From the NCBI GenBank assembly GCA_025699025.1, contig JAILWJ010000001.1:536391-568390 (forward strand): a stretch of DNA of 32,000 nt. The letters are read 5' to 3'. Position numbers and translations under genes: made by a program. Source of the DNA: Nitrosarchaeum sp. Its GTDB lineage: Archaea > Thermoproteota > Nitrososphaeria > Nitrososphaerales > Nitrosopumilaceae. The notes below the pieces were generated by a model, which did not search any database, was not told the origin of the DNA, and saw only the letters and a list, made by a program, of their open reading frames with translations. Position 1 is the first letter of the stretch, and each line of letters starts with the position of its first letter. Below, in pieces: positions 9,564 to 17,935 of this stretch.

Positions 9564-9944
9564 CTAGAGGTTTGTCGTGATTTTTTTGATTTTTGTGATT
9601 ATCTTGATTTTTTGGTCAATTGGCATCTCTGGCTCCATGGTAAAATAAACAATGTTTCTCTTAGTGTAAATTACCATCTGCGATACTTTTTCTCTTTCAA
9701 CATGGACATAGCGGACCTTGCCAAGTGACTTGTCAAACTCTTTTCTCATGGTCCTGCGCTGGGCTACCTGCTGGCAAAAATGCTCCTCCTCCTTTTGGGT
9801 CTTGAGGCTGGTTTTTCCTGCCTTCATTATTGCCTCGCGGATGTTGCCTTTGGGATCAATGATTGCTGCAAACCTCATTTTAGGATCAAGGTTGATTATT
9901 TGCTGGACGAGTTTTAACAGATCGACTTTTCGTTTTTCTGCCAT
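9564..9944 (-). CDS. Hypothetical protein
   Basis: 126 aa ORF tightly spaced with the downstream gene. No family recognised. Confidence 0.5.
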   Translation of the reverse strand: MAEKRKVDLLKLVQQIINLDPKMRFAAIIDPKGNIREAIMKAGKTSLKTQKEEEHFCQQVAQRRTMRKEFDKSLGKVRYVHVEREKVSQMVIYTKRNIVYFTMEPEMPIDQKIKIITKIKKITTNL

Positions 9945-9990
9945 GAGTAGAATTTGTCACGGGTTGGCAAATATAATCTATTGAAGCATT

Positions 9991-11514
9991 TTACACACGT
10001 ATAATTCCGGCATTTATCAGATATTCAATTGCATTGACAAATTCCAGATCGGAGACCAGTCCGTCTGCCCACCATTTGGCAGAATTTTTTATCCAGTAGG
10101 GAATCGGGGATTCGGGGAGAGGTTGGCCTTGGCCCAATGTCGGGATTGTGATTATCTTTTCTTTAATCATGTATTCTATGCCGTTGGTAAAATCATCATC
10201 GCTGATTTTGTTTTCAGACCACCACTTTGCATTGTTTCGAATCCAGTCAGGGATTATTATGATAGACTCGGATGGTACCGGCTCGCCGAAAATATTGAAA
10301 AGCGCAGATGACACTACAGTCCCATACTGCACATGTACCTTCCATGGCCCTACCCCAGAGCCGGATGGAATGGTGTAAGGAATCGTAAATTCTCCAAATG
10401 CAGGAGGCGTAAAGAAGAAAGTGTCGCTTTGTTTGCCTGACGAGTCCTCAAGCCAGTAGTGTATCTGGTTTTGAATTAACTTGCTTGGGATGACCCTGAT
10501 GCTCATTGCTTCGCCTGGTCGGTACTGGGTCTTGTCTAGTACCATGTCAATTTTTAGGTCGTCAACCTTTGGCTTTTCCAGTGTCTCAGATAAAACATCA
10601 AAGGTTTTTGAGGCACGGTTGTTTCCATACTGAAACTCGTAAACAAAAGTTCCAAACTCGGATGCCGTGATATCATCAAGTGTGACTCGCGTCAGCGATG
10701 CAGATATCGGAACCGTCTTTGTCGTGACTTTCCCAGACGGGAATGTAACAGTCAGCAGTCCAGAGTTTGCAGTCAGTTGTGGAAGTACGATGTTTATCTC
10801 AACTGCATCGCCTGGATCATAGAGGTCTTTGTCGTGCCCCAAGAAGATTGAATTGTTGGAGTTTGGGTTGATCACATCAAAGGGGACATCTGTCTCAATT
10901 CCGAAATAATTTACAATTGCATGAAACGTTCCGTACGAGCTGTATTTTAGCAAGTCATCGACTGGAAATATCTGAGCGATGTTGGGCTGGGAAACCTTGA
11001 TTTGGACTTGGTCTGACAGCAGCGCATTCTTGCCTTGGCTGTCAACTAGCCTTATTGAGAGGGGCTGGGCCTTTGCCGCATTTAGCTCAAAGTAATTGGT
11101 AGTGAATTGGACTGCAATCTTCTCGCCAGAAAAGTAAGACGGCTTGTCGGTAGTGACAGACACGACAAGCGGTTCGACTTGTATGTCAAGTGATTTGGTT
11201 GCGTTTTTGTACTGGTAGTTTATTTGCCACACACCAAACTGGTGATCAAAGGCATTGCGGTTAATGGTATGAGTCACTTTGGAGGCCTGGATGTTTTCAA
11301 AAGAGCCAGACGCAAAAGTTCCGTCAGGCTTGGTCGCATTCCAGGTTATTGGGCCGCCTGAATAGCCGTCAACTTTGAGGAAGATCTTTATCCAGTCGTT
11401 GGGTCCCACATGCTCATTTTCAGGAACGGCAAGTATCTCGGCTGCAAACACAGTCTGCGGGACAAGCATACATGCAGCAACAAGCAAAATGAAAAATCTC
11501 ATTATCAAGATCAA
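9991..11514 (-). CDS. Secreted/surface protein with beta-rich repeats and a duplicated C-terminal W-rich module
   Basis: 507 aa. N-terminal signal peptide (MRFFILLVAACMLVPQTVFAAE). Long Ig-like-looking beta-rich body. The C-terminus carries two copies of IP.WI+N.AKWW......SD..F.N.IEY+I...II. Confidence 0.7.
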   Translation of the reverse strand: MILIMRFFILLVAACMLVPQTVFAAEILAVPENEHVGPNDWIKIFLKVDGYSGGPITWNATKPDGTFASGSFENIQASKVTHTINRNAFDHQFGVWQINYQYKNATKSLDIQVEPLVVSVTTDKPSYFSGEKIAVQFTTNYFELNAAKAQPLSIRLVDSQGKNALLSDQVQIKVSQPNIAQIFPVDDLLKYSSYGTFHAIVNYFGIETDVPFDVINPNSNNSIFLGHDKDLYDPGDAVEINIVLPQLTANSGLLTVTFPSGKVTTKTVPISASLTRVTLDDITASEFGTFVYEFQYGNNRASKTFDVLSETLEKPKVDDLKIDMVLDKTQYRPGEAMSIRVIPSKLIQNQIHYWLEDSSGKQSDTFFFTPPAFGEFTIPYTIPSGSGVGPWKVHVQYGTVVSSALFNIFGEPVPSESIIIIPDWIRNNAKWWSENKISDDDFTNGIEYMIKEKIITIPTLGQGQPLPESPIPYWIKNSAKWWADGLVSDLEFVNAIEYLINAGIIRV

Positions 11515-11585
11515 TAAAGGATGAATTTATTTCAAAATTAAGGGTTGACTTGGGCGACAGAATAGTGAATGTTCACAATAGGACA

Positions 11586-13049
11586 TCAAGTCTTTGTCTT
11601 TTTTGCAGCTGGCTTTTTTGCTGCTTTTTTGCCAATGGACTTTAGTTTTTTGTCTTTTTCAGAGATTTGTTTTTTGACCAGTTGCTGTTTTTGTTTTATC
11701 TTTTCGTTTTTCTTTTTAATCTGTTCGTCAAGCTTCTCTCGCTGTCGTCTTAGCTTTTCGTAGAGCTTTTCTTCTTTTTTTAGCTGTTTTGAGAGCATCC
11801 TTTGGGACGCCAGTTGCGCTTTTTCCTCTGCTGCCTTTTTGGCAATTGCCTCTTTTTCTTTTGATATCAGGGTCACCAGTTTCAGTCGCTCTTCTTTTGC
11901 TCGGATTAGTCCCTGCTCTTGCAACTGTATTGATTTTTTTAGCTTTTCAGCTTTGGCAAGTTTTTCTTTTTCCTGGTTTACCTGGGACACAATCTCGTCA
12001 TACTCGTTTTGTGCTTGTTCCAGGTCAACCTGTTTTTGTTTAATGTCATGCGCTATTTGGGCCTGTTTTAGGAGGCGGCTTTTTTGCTCTGCTGTCATCT
12101 TGGCAAGAAGTGACTGCTCCTTGTTGATTTGTATCTCAATTTCTTCCTGCTCCAGCTGTGCCTGTGCAAGCTGCTTTTTTTGCTGCTCCAAATCCCTGGT
12201 GACCTTTTCCTTTTCTTCGGAGATTTTGCGCAAAATGTCACTGCGCTCGGATTTTATTTTTTCTAGTTCCTTTTTTTGAGTCATGATTGCTTCGGAGAAC
12301 TGGGTCTGGCTGGCAATCTTTTCGTGCTCTTCTCTTATTTGCGATGCCAGTCGGGACTGCTCCAGCTTGACCTGCTTTTCATACTCTTGTCTGTCCAGGA
12401 TTAGCTGCGACAGCTTGGAGCGCTGTATGTTTATCTCGTCATACATTCTTTTTTGGTCCTCCAGCTTCTGCTCCTCTGTTTTTATTTTTTCATAGATTCC
12501 GGTGAGGTCAGTAGAGTCCGATGGCGGAACCCAGCCCTTTGGCATGGAGCCGCGGAGCTTGTCAGACAGCTGTGCGGGTTTTTCAGGAATTGGCTTGGGC
12601 TGTACGGTATCTTTGGGAGTGAAGGTTGCAGGTTCTTGTTTGTGTTTTGGTGGCGGCATGGAATCAGTGTCAGGTAAAATTTGTGCATGGGAGTTGGGAT
12701 GTGCAAGCGAGTCTAGTTTTTGCTCCAGATATTTTTGATCAGAGTGGTACAAAGTCTTGTTGTTTGATATCATGTCGTAAATGTGCTGCAATCGTCCGGC
12801 ATCGCCTAGTCCGGATTCAATCATCAGGGTTATTTTTTGCAAAAGATCACTTGGCGTGTGGCTTGGCTCATCTTTTAGCGAGAATTCTGCATCTAGTTTT
12901 GATTTAAGATATGTGCGGTCAGAGCGGTACAAAGTTTTGTTGTTCTTTAATGACTCCAAGATATGATACAGCCTGCCAGAGTCGCCGTTTCCAGTGTCTA
13001 TCATATTTTCTACTTTTTCAATTGTTTGGGATAATGTTAGCGAGGTCAC
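11586..13049 (-). CDS. Long coiled-coil protein with duplicated N-terminal module and Lys-rich tail
   Basis: 487 aa. The N-terminal motif GD(S/A)GRL.HI......NNKTLY.SD..YL..KLD occurs twice. A Pro-rich linker follows, then about 300 aa of E/K/Q-rich heptad-like sequence and a KKAAKKPAAKKTKT tail. Confidence 0.7.
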   Translation of the reverse strand: MTSLTLSQTIEKVENMIDTGNGDSGRLYHILESLKNNKTLYRSDRTYLKSKLDAEFSLKDEPSHTPSDLLQKITLMIESGLGDAGRLQHIYDMISNNKTLYHSDQKYLEQKLDSLAHPNSHAQILPDTDSMPPPKHKQEPATFTPKDTVQPKPIPEKPAQLSDKLRGSMPKGWVPPSDSTDLTGIYEKIKTEEQKLEDQKRMYDEINIQRSKLSQLILDRQEYEKQVKLEQSRLASQIREEHEKIASQTQFSEAIMTQKKELEKIKSERSDILRKISEEKEKVTRDLEQQKKQLAQAQLEQEEIEIQINKEQSLLAKMTAEQKSRLLKQAQIAHDIKQKQVDLEQAQNEYDEIVSQVNQEKEKLAKAEKLKKSIQLQEQGLIRAKEERLKLVTLISKEKEAIAKKAAEEKAQLASQRMLSKQLKKEEKLYEKLRRQREKLDEQIKKKNEKIKQKQQLVKKQISEKDKKLKSIGKKAAKKPAAKKTKT

Positions 13050-13482
13050 AAGTTATCACCTGTCATTGGTCATTTTGCAATAGGATTGCATTACTATAAA
13101 AAAACTCTTGAAAATTTTTTACTTTTTCATGAATTTTAACCAATTAAACAATTCACACAATCAGAAAAAATGTATGCAGTAGGTTGTGATGTTCCCATTA
13201 CAGTCCATTACTCTGTACGGGCCATGCAACCGTTGTCGCTTGGTTTCACATTCATCACATGTTGATCAATTTTCTGATCCGCGTTCCGTACTGCATCCCA
13301 CTTGAATTGCTTCAAATAGTAATTATAATACGTCGTTGTAATATTTATTATTTATCTACTAAAACTATATAATTACTATATAGAAAAATAAATCTATTGT
13401 AAATATCATATCTTTTTATTGAATTTTATAAATATTTTCCGGTTCAAATTGGAAAAATACGGTTTGGAAGGCATCTAGGCCG

Positions 13483-13516
13483 TAAAATAGTCTAAAATAG
13501 TCTAAAATAGCTAAAA
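13483..13516. repeat. 10-bp tandem repeat (about 3.3 copies of TAAAATAGTC)
   Basis: The direct reading is cgTAAAATAGTCTAAAATAGTCTAAAATAGCTAAAActg, inside a 530-bp AT-rich intergenic region. Confidence 0.8.
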
Positions 13517-13581
13517 CTGTTTTTTTGCACGCACAAAATGGCAGATTTTGAATTTATTAGAAAGAGTGGATACAAAACAGC

Positions 13582-13818
13582 ATGAAAGGCGAGACTGCAA
13601 TTATCATGACAGGCATTGCCATGGTAGTTTCCGGATTGGTGTCGTTTTACTCCATCCAGACCAGCCCGGATCTTGATTCGGTACTAAGGTCAATCAAGCA
13701 TGCAGGGACGTTTGTGGGGCTGATGGGGATTGGCGTGACAATGGCAGGAATTCTGCTTTATCTGATAAATAGAAACCAGCCAAAGATTCAGGAAAGCTTT
13801 GATGCAGACATGAGATAA
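13582..13818 (+). CDS. Small two-helix membrane protein
   Basis: 78 aa with two hydrophobic segments (AIIMTGIAMVVSGLVSFY, FVGLMGIGVTMAGILLYL). Confidence 0.5.
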   Translation: MKGETAIIMTGIAMVVSGLVSFYSIQTSPDLDSVLRSIKHAGTFVGLMGIGVTMAGILLYLINRNQPKIQESFDADMR

Positions 13819-13824
13819 TCTACA

Positions 13825-14016
13825 TCAGGTGCCAGAAAGAATTTTTTTGAATTCATTTACAGGGATGAGGAACTTGCAGAGTTTGCAGAACAGCACCTCC
13901 TTGTTTACCAATGAACGAATCGATGTTGGAATCTTGCCGCAGTATAGCGAGTCTTTTTCGCAGTTGGGGCACCTTGCCAGCAGCTGCTTCATGCCGTATT
14001 CATCACTTAGATTCAT
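13825..14016 (-). CDS. Small Zn-ribbon protein
   Basis: 63 aa with CPNC ... CKLC pairs. Confidence 0.45.
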   Translation of the reverse strand: MNLSDEYGMKQLLARCPNCEKDSLYCGKIPTSIRSLVNKEVLFCKLCKFLIPVNEFKKILSGT

Positions 14017-14113
14017 GGTTAGAATATGCGTTTGTCATATATTAGAAGAAAGTAGGAATCATACTAGTGCCAAATTCAGAATTTATAATAATGAATGTAA
14101 TGTAGGTCATAAA

Positions 14114-14533
14114 TTGGCAAAGGTCTGGATTGGGGGAATATTTCTCAAAGACGAGGGCGGATACGAGATAGTTCTAAAGTCGCTTGAGCATTACAAAAAA
14201 AGGCTGAAAACCATAGGGAACAGCCCAGAGCTGAAAGACTCGGCTGCAATGTTTGCATCGGTGCTGCACCAGGAGGCAATGAGGATGGTTCCAAAGATAG
14301 ATGATGCAATAAAAAAAATCAAGGAGTGTTTGTCTGGAGAAATTCCAGTTGATGCGCTAAGTGAGGAGGTGCCGTTTTTGCAAAAAGCCCTTGCATGCTA
14401 CGAGTCTGACATCAACAAGGCGCAAGATATTGGACACGAGTATTTCCTGAAGCTTGTCGGCGACATGAGGGAGGCAAAAAACGACAAGGATTCAATCAAG
14501 GATGCGCAAGAGAAGATAGACCAGTTTGCATAG
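14114..14533 (+). CDS. Hypothetical helical protein (start uncertain)
   Basis: The ORF is open from 13829, but its 5' part is antisense to the Zn-ribbon gene. A TTG at 14114 or a nearby start is more plausible. Helical, charged composition. Confidence 0.4.
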   Translation: MAKVWIGGIFLKDEGGYEIVLKSLEHYKKRLKTIGNSPELKDSAAMFASVLHQEAMRMVPKIDDAIKKIKECLSGEIPVDALSEEVPFLQKALACYESDINKAQDIGHEYFLKLVGDMREAKNDKDSIKDAQEKIDQFA

Positions 14534-14764
14534 TCAGACGCCCTGCAGATACCAGTCAAGGTATGGGACGAGGTTCTTGCACAGTGTTTTTCTTTCTTCC
14601 TCTGTCTTGGATTCTTTGATGGTTTGTATCTTGCCATCAAGATAGTCTCTAGTCAGATTGCTCTTGAAGTGGGTTTGAATCTCAGCAAGTACAGATATGA
14701 TTTTTTCAGAGGGGGTGTTTTCAAAATCATTTAGGACTTGTCTTGCTTGCTCTTCTAGTGTCAT
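14534..14764 (-). CDS. Hypothetical small protein
   Basis: 76 aa ORF convergent with the previous gene. Confidence 0.4.
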   Translation of the reverse strand: MTLEEQARQVLNDFENTPSEKIISVLAEIQTHFKSNLTRDYLDGKIQTIKESKTEEERKTLCKNLVPYLDWYLQGV

Positions 14765-14798
14765 GATGTGAGAGAAATGTCAGGCATTATAATTTTTT

Positions 14799-15026
14799 TC
14801 AGATAATGTCATTGTCATCCCACGTAAGGCGAAACTTGCCTACTACGCGAAACATCTGCAGCTTGCCGCCTTTTTTGAATTTTAGCTTGTACGTGTTCTG
14901 GGATGTGTCATCTATATCCAGGACAACATTGTCATCGGTTGCCTGAAATATTATGGGGTTTGTCGAGACTTGCTTCCACTGATCAGGGGCAAAGTCCAGA
15001 TAGAATTTGGTGTACAGCAGACCCAT
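14799..15026 (-). CDS. Hypothetical small protein
   Basis: 75 aa ORF with beta-rich composition. Confidence 0.4.
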   Translation of the reverse strand: MGLLYTKFYLDFAPDQWKQVSTNPIIFQATDDNVVLDIDDTSQNTYKLKFKKGGKLQMFRVVGKFRLTWDDNDII

Positions 15027-15066
15027 GACGTATCCACTGCAAGACTAGAATAAAAAACTACACAAG

Positions 15067-15645
15067 TCACACATCCAGAAAATCCTTTGGGAGCAATCCT
15101 CCAAGGTTGCCAACTATTGAAGGGTAGATGTTCTCAAAATCCTTGTCATCGCAAATTACTTTGAAGACATGAAAGATCAGCTGCTGGATTTCCAGGTGCT
15201 CGTCTCGGTACAATGTCTTTTTTGGATTCTTTGTAGAATCCAACAAAGTAAACCCGGTATCTGTCTGGAGCAGGTTTCTAAGAAGTAAATTGGATATGTG
15301 TATTTTTTCATCTGCATCCTTGTGATGGTAATCTGCTGCAAACCGTCGGATAAAGTTCTTCAGGTTATGAAACGATGTGTTGGTCACCTGCTCAAAGTGG
15401 ACAAGCGTCTTTGATTCATAGTTGGGAGTAGGGGCGTAAAACTTCATGTTCCCGTCAACGTTTACTGTGATCAGGTTCTTTTCGACAAGCGAGTCGCGCG
15501 TTTTTTCAAACGTTGTTTTTGCCATGAATTTGGGAACAATCATCTTTACCAGCGCGTTATGGTGCAGATTTGGGTTGTTTCGGATGTGCTCCATCACAGT
15601 CCTTTCACGCCTGATGATCTCTGAATTGGGCTCGTATTGACTCAT
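15067..15645 (-). CDS. Putative winged-helix DNA-binding protein
   Basis: 192 aa. The N-terminus VMEHIRNNPNLHHNALVKMIVPKFMAKTTFEKTRDSLVEKNLITVN looks like a wHTH. Architecture resembles 8038-8604. Confidence 0.5.
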   Translation of the reverse strand: MSQYEPNSEIIRRERTVMEHIRNNPNLHHNALVKMIVPKFMAKTTFEKTRDSLVEKNLITVNVDGNMKFYAPTPNYESKTLVHFEQVTNTSFHNLKNFIRRFAADYHHKDADEKIHISNLLLRNLLQTDTGFTLLDSTKNPKKTLYRDEHLEIQQLIFHVFKVICDDKDFENIYPSIVGNLGGLLPKDFLDV

Positions 15646-15813
15646 GTTATCTAGGTCGACCTATAGTTAGTGGGTCAAATATATAAAACTTGAAAACAAC
15701 ATGTTTGATATCTGGATGGAAAAAATGGACACAAGGTATGGTTTTAACAATTTTCGCATTTTGTATAAACTTGTAGCCTAATCGGATAATGAATCAACAA
15801 TCAGACTGGAACC

Positions 15814-15939
15814 ATGGATGATTTGGCGTGCGAGCACTATTGGGCTCCAAACGGATCTTACTATTGCATTCACTGTGGCATGGACATTAGCAAAAAGCCG
15901 GACTTTTACGCAATGCAGGACAGAGCCAGCCTAGGCTAA
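15814..15939 (+). CDS. Possible 41-aa Cys/His mini-protein
   Basis: ATG-initiated ORF below the 60-aa track cutoff: MDDLACEHYWAPNGSYYCIHCGMDISKKPDFYAMQDRASLG. It has a C.H ... C..C arrangement. Confidence 0.25.
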   Translation: MDDLACEHYWAPNGSYYCIHCGMDISKKPDFYAMQDRASLG

Positions 15940-16030
15940 GACCGATGTGTAAATTTATTCACATCAGTTGATCAAAAAATTCATGTAAAGATCTTTTAGT
16001 TTTTTAAATAGAGTTCAGAGCGAGAGGGAA

Positions 16031-16195
16031 TTGTCACACACATGCATTGGATGCGGAATTGAACTAGAGGGAAATGAAAAGTTTTGCTCCAGTCAATGCC
16101 AGGACCACCACTTGAAAAGACTCAAAGAGATTATGGTAAATAGCGTTAGAAACGACTCTAACCATACAAACAGCCTGGCACAATATACCGTATAA
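16031..16195 (+). CDS. Possible 54-aa Zn-ribbon protein (C..CG ... FCS..C type)
   Basis: A TTG start would be required. The peptide SHTCIGCGIELEGNEKFCSSQCQDHHLKRLKE resembles the small archaeal Zn-ribbon family with the FCS..C signature. Confidence 0.3.
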   Translation: MSHTCIGCGIELEGNEKFCSSQCQDHHLKRLKEIMVNSVRNDSNHTNSLAQYTV

Positions 16196-16278
16196 GCAGA
16201 TATTCTGGCATCCGCCAAGATAGGAGGACACCACATTTTGTGTTTACAAAATGACGTACACGATGTTATGATGTGATA

Positions 16279-16725
16279 TCATAGCAGGTTCTTGCTAAAG
16301 GACAGACCTGACTGCTCAAATCCAAGGGACTTGTAAAACTTGTGGGACTCGGTTCTTTGGTTGCCTGATTCCAGACGTATTCTGTAGCAGTTGTTGTTTT
16401 TGCCAAGTTCTATGCAGCTGCTGACCAGCTTTTTGCCAATCCCGGAATACCTGAAATCCTTTTTTACCACCAGCTCGGGGATGTACATCTCAAACTTTGC
16501 GTGGTTGAGTCTTCGAATAAAGATGACGCTGACCAGTCCGACTATGATGGAGTCATGCTCTGCCACAAGGAGCCGCTTTGATGGGTCTACAAAATAGTCC
16601 CTGACCTTGTTTTCAAATATCTTCAGATCATCGTCATCAATTGGCTTTGGTCTGTCCAGCTCGTAGAGTAGCTCCAGGATTTCCCGGATGTCGTTTTCGG
16701 TGGCGTTTCTGATTGATGGTTCCAC
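16279..16725 (-). CDS. GNAT-family N-acetyltransferase
   Basis: 148 aa. Acetyl-CoA motif A is present: LVVKKDFRYSGIGKKLV (R..G.G). The C-terminal HKFYKSLGF block is typical of GNATs. Confidence 0.85.
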   Translation of the reverse strand: MEPSIRNATENDIREILELLYELDRPKPIDDDDLKIFENKVRDYFVDPSKRLLVAEHDSIIVGLVSVIFIRRLNHAKFEMYIPELVVKKDFRYSGIGKKLVSSCIELGKNNNCYRIRLESGNQRTESHKFYKSLGFEQSGLSFSKNLL

Positions 16726-17130
16726 GTGTTTTCATACGCTTTAGAATTTTTAAGGAATTCTAAAGCATAAATTGAAAAAACAGATAGAATGGATAATTCA
16801 TCTAATTACGAACTAGGTGTTATGGGCGAATACAGACGGGATAAAACAATCGAGTAAATTTCTCACAAACACGCATTTCGTGTTTTGATAACTTGAGATG
16901 TATGAAATTCTTTTCTTGACAAACATCAGATAAACAAGATATTTAGAATTTCTAATGATAATATCAGTCTTCACCGACTGACAGTTGTTTCTTTGAGATA
17001 GAATCGGCTTTTTGTATGCTAAACCACTCTTTTATACTAGAATGACGTATACAAGATAGGTTTTGTTGTTAGTATGATGTATGATCAAAAGAAAAAATAT
17101 GAGAAATCCTGGGTTTCGGTAAAACAATAA

Positions 17131-17712
17131 ATGAATTTAACACGTGGTTTTCTTGTTCTGACAGTTTCTGCATTATTCATGATGAGTTTTGGTTCGTATG
17201 TGTTTGCTCAAGAAGTTACAATTCAGAAACCACCACTAAGTTTAGGCGGCAACCACTTTGGTTCAATGATAAAGACCCAAACAGTTTCATCTGATGGCTC
17301 TATCTGGATATTTCTTACCACCACAGAACCTGTAGAAAGAGAACACATGACAATCAATGTAAGATTTACCGATGAGAATGGCAAACAGGTCAACGGTATC
17401 AACTATGACATCATAGCAACTCAGAATGAACAGATTATTTTGTCAGAAACAATGGTTCATCAGCGCATAGGCATTGGAGATCACCTCACACAAGCATTGC
17501 CAAGCGATGATGCAGTTAACGTAAAGATCACACTACAAGGCATAGGGACAAATCCTCCATTCACAGGACCGCAAGGGGAATCCATCCAGATTATTGCAGT
17601 TCCTGAATTTGGAACAGTTGCAATGATCATCCTCGGCATATCCATTTTGAGCATAGTGATGATCAGCAAAAAGGGCACCCTGTCATTTCTAAGCCAGAAA
17701 TATACGGTCTGA
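17131..17712 (+). CDS. Secreted protein with PEFG-CTERM archaeal sorting signal
   Basis: 193 aa. Signal peptide (LVLTVSALFMMSFGSYVFAQE). The C-terminal AVPEFGTVAMIILGISILSIVMISKKG gives PEFG, a TM helix and a basic patch. Confidence 0.75.
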   Translation: MNLTRGFLVLTVSALFMMSFGSYVFAQEVTIQKPPLSLGGNHFGSMIKTQTVSSDGSIWIFLTTTEPVEREHMTINVRFTDENGKQVNGINYDIIATQNEQIILSETMVHQRIGIGDHLTQALPSDDAVNVKITLQGIGTNPPFTGPQGESIQIIAVPEFGTVAMIILGISILSIVMISKKGTLSFLSQKYTV

Positions 17713-17935
17713 TCAGCACAATAGGAAATTGGTTCATGTTCTTAAGACCCAGTAATTTTGAGAATTTTATGTGATCTTGGGTCTATTTGGATTTTTAGAT
17801 CATATTTCTGAGCATCAAGGTTTTGCCTTGAAATTCTTTGCTACATAGTGGAACTTGTCTGTGTTTTTTTGATGCGAGATAAACTGTTGATCCATAGTAC
17901 CTTAGATCATAGGAAAGAAAATCGATTAATTTTTC

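Noticed and set aside
9248-9984. Plus-strand ORFs 9248-9457, 9375-9728 and 9718-9984.
   Set aside because: They overlap better-supported minus-strand genes (9198-9557, 9564-9944), and their R/G/Q- or L/S-rich compositions look like shadow ORFs.
11569-13099. Numerous plus-strand ORFs (61-146 aa, rich in Ser/Cys/Phe/Leu) overlapping the coiled-coil gene.
   Set aside because: They are antisense shadows of a long E/K/Q-rich low-complexity gene. Their compositions are implausible and they overlap one another in several frames.
13208-13219. ttactctgtacg, a partial match to the att/TSD core ttactctctgtcg, considered as the missing leftmost direct repeat.
   Set aside because: Only a 7-mer plus scattered matches. 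The adjacent sequence shows no similarity to either TIR and has no C6 tract. This is compatible with chance in 32 kb of AT-rich DNA.
13483-13516. Tandem repeat considered as a possible CRISPR array associated with the cas1 gene.
   Set aside because: The units are 10 bp and directly abutting, with no spacers. They lie 8 kb from cas1 and outside the TIR-bounded element. No CRISPR-like repeat-spacer structure was seen anywhere in the window.
14131-14150. tgggggaatatttctc, resembling the right-TIR segment tggggggattctattt.
   Set aside because: It lies inside a coding frame (WIGGIFLKDEGG). The G-run is shorter, and there is no adjacent direct-repeat or partner inverted copy.
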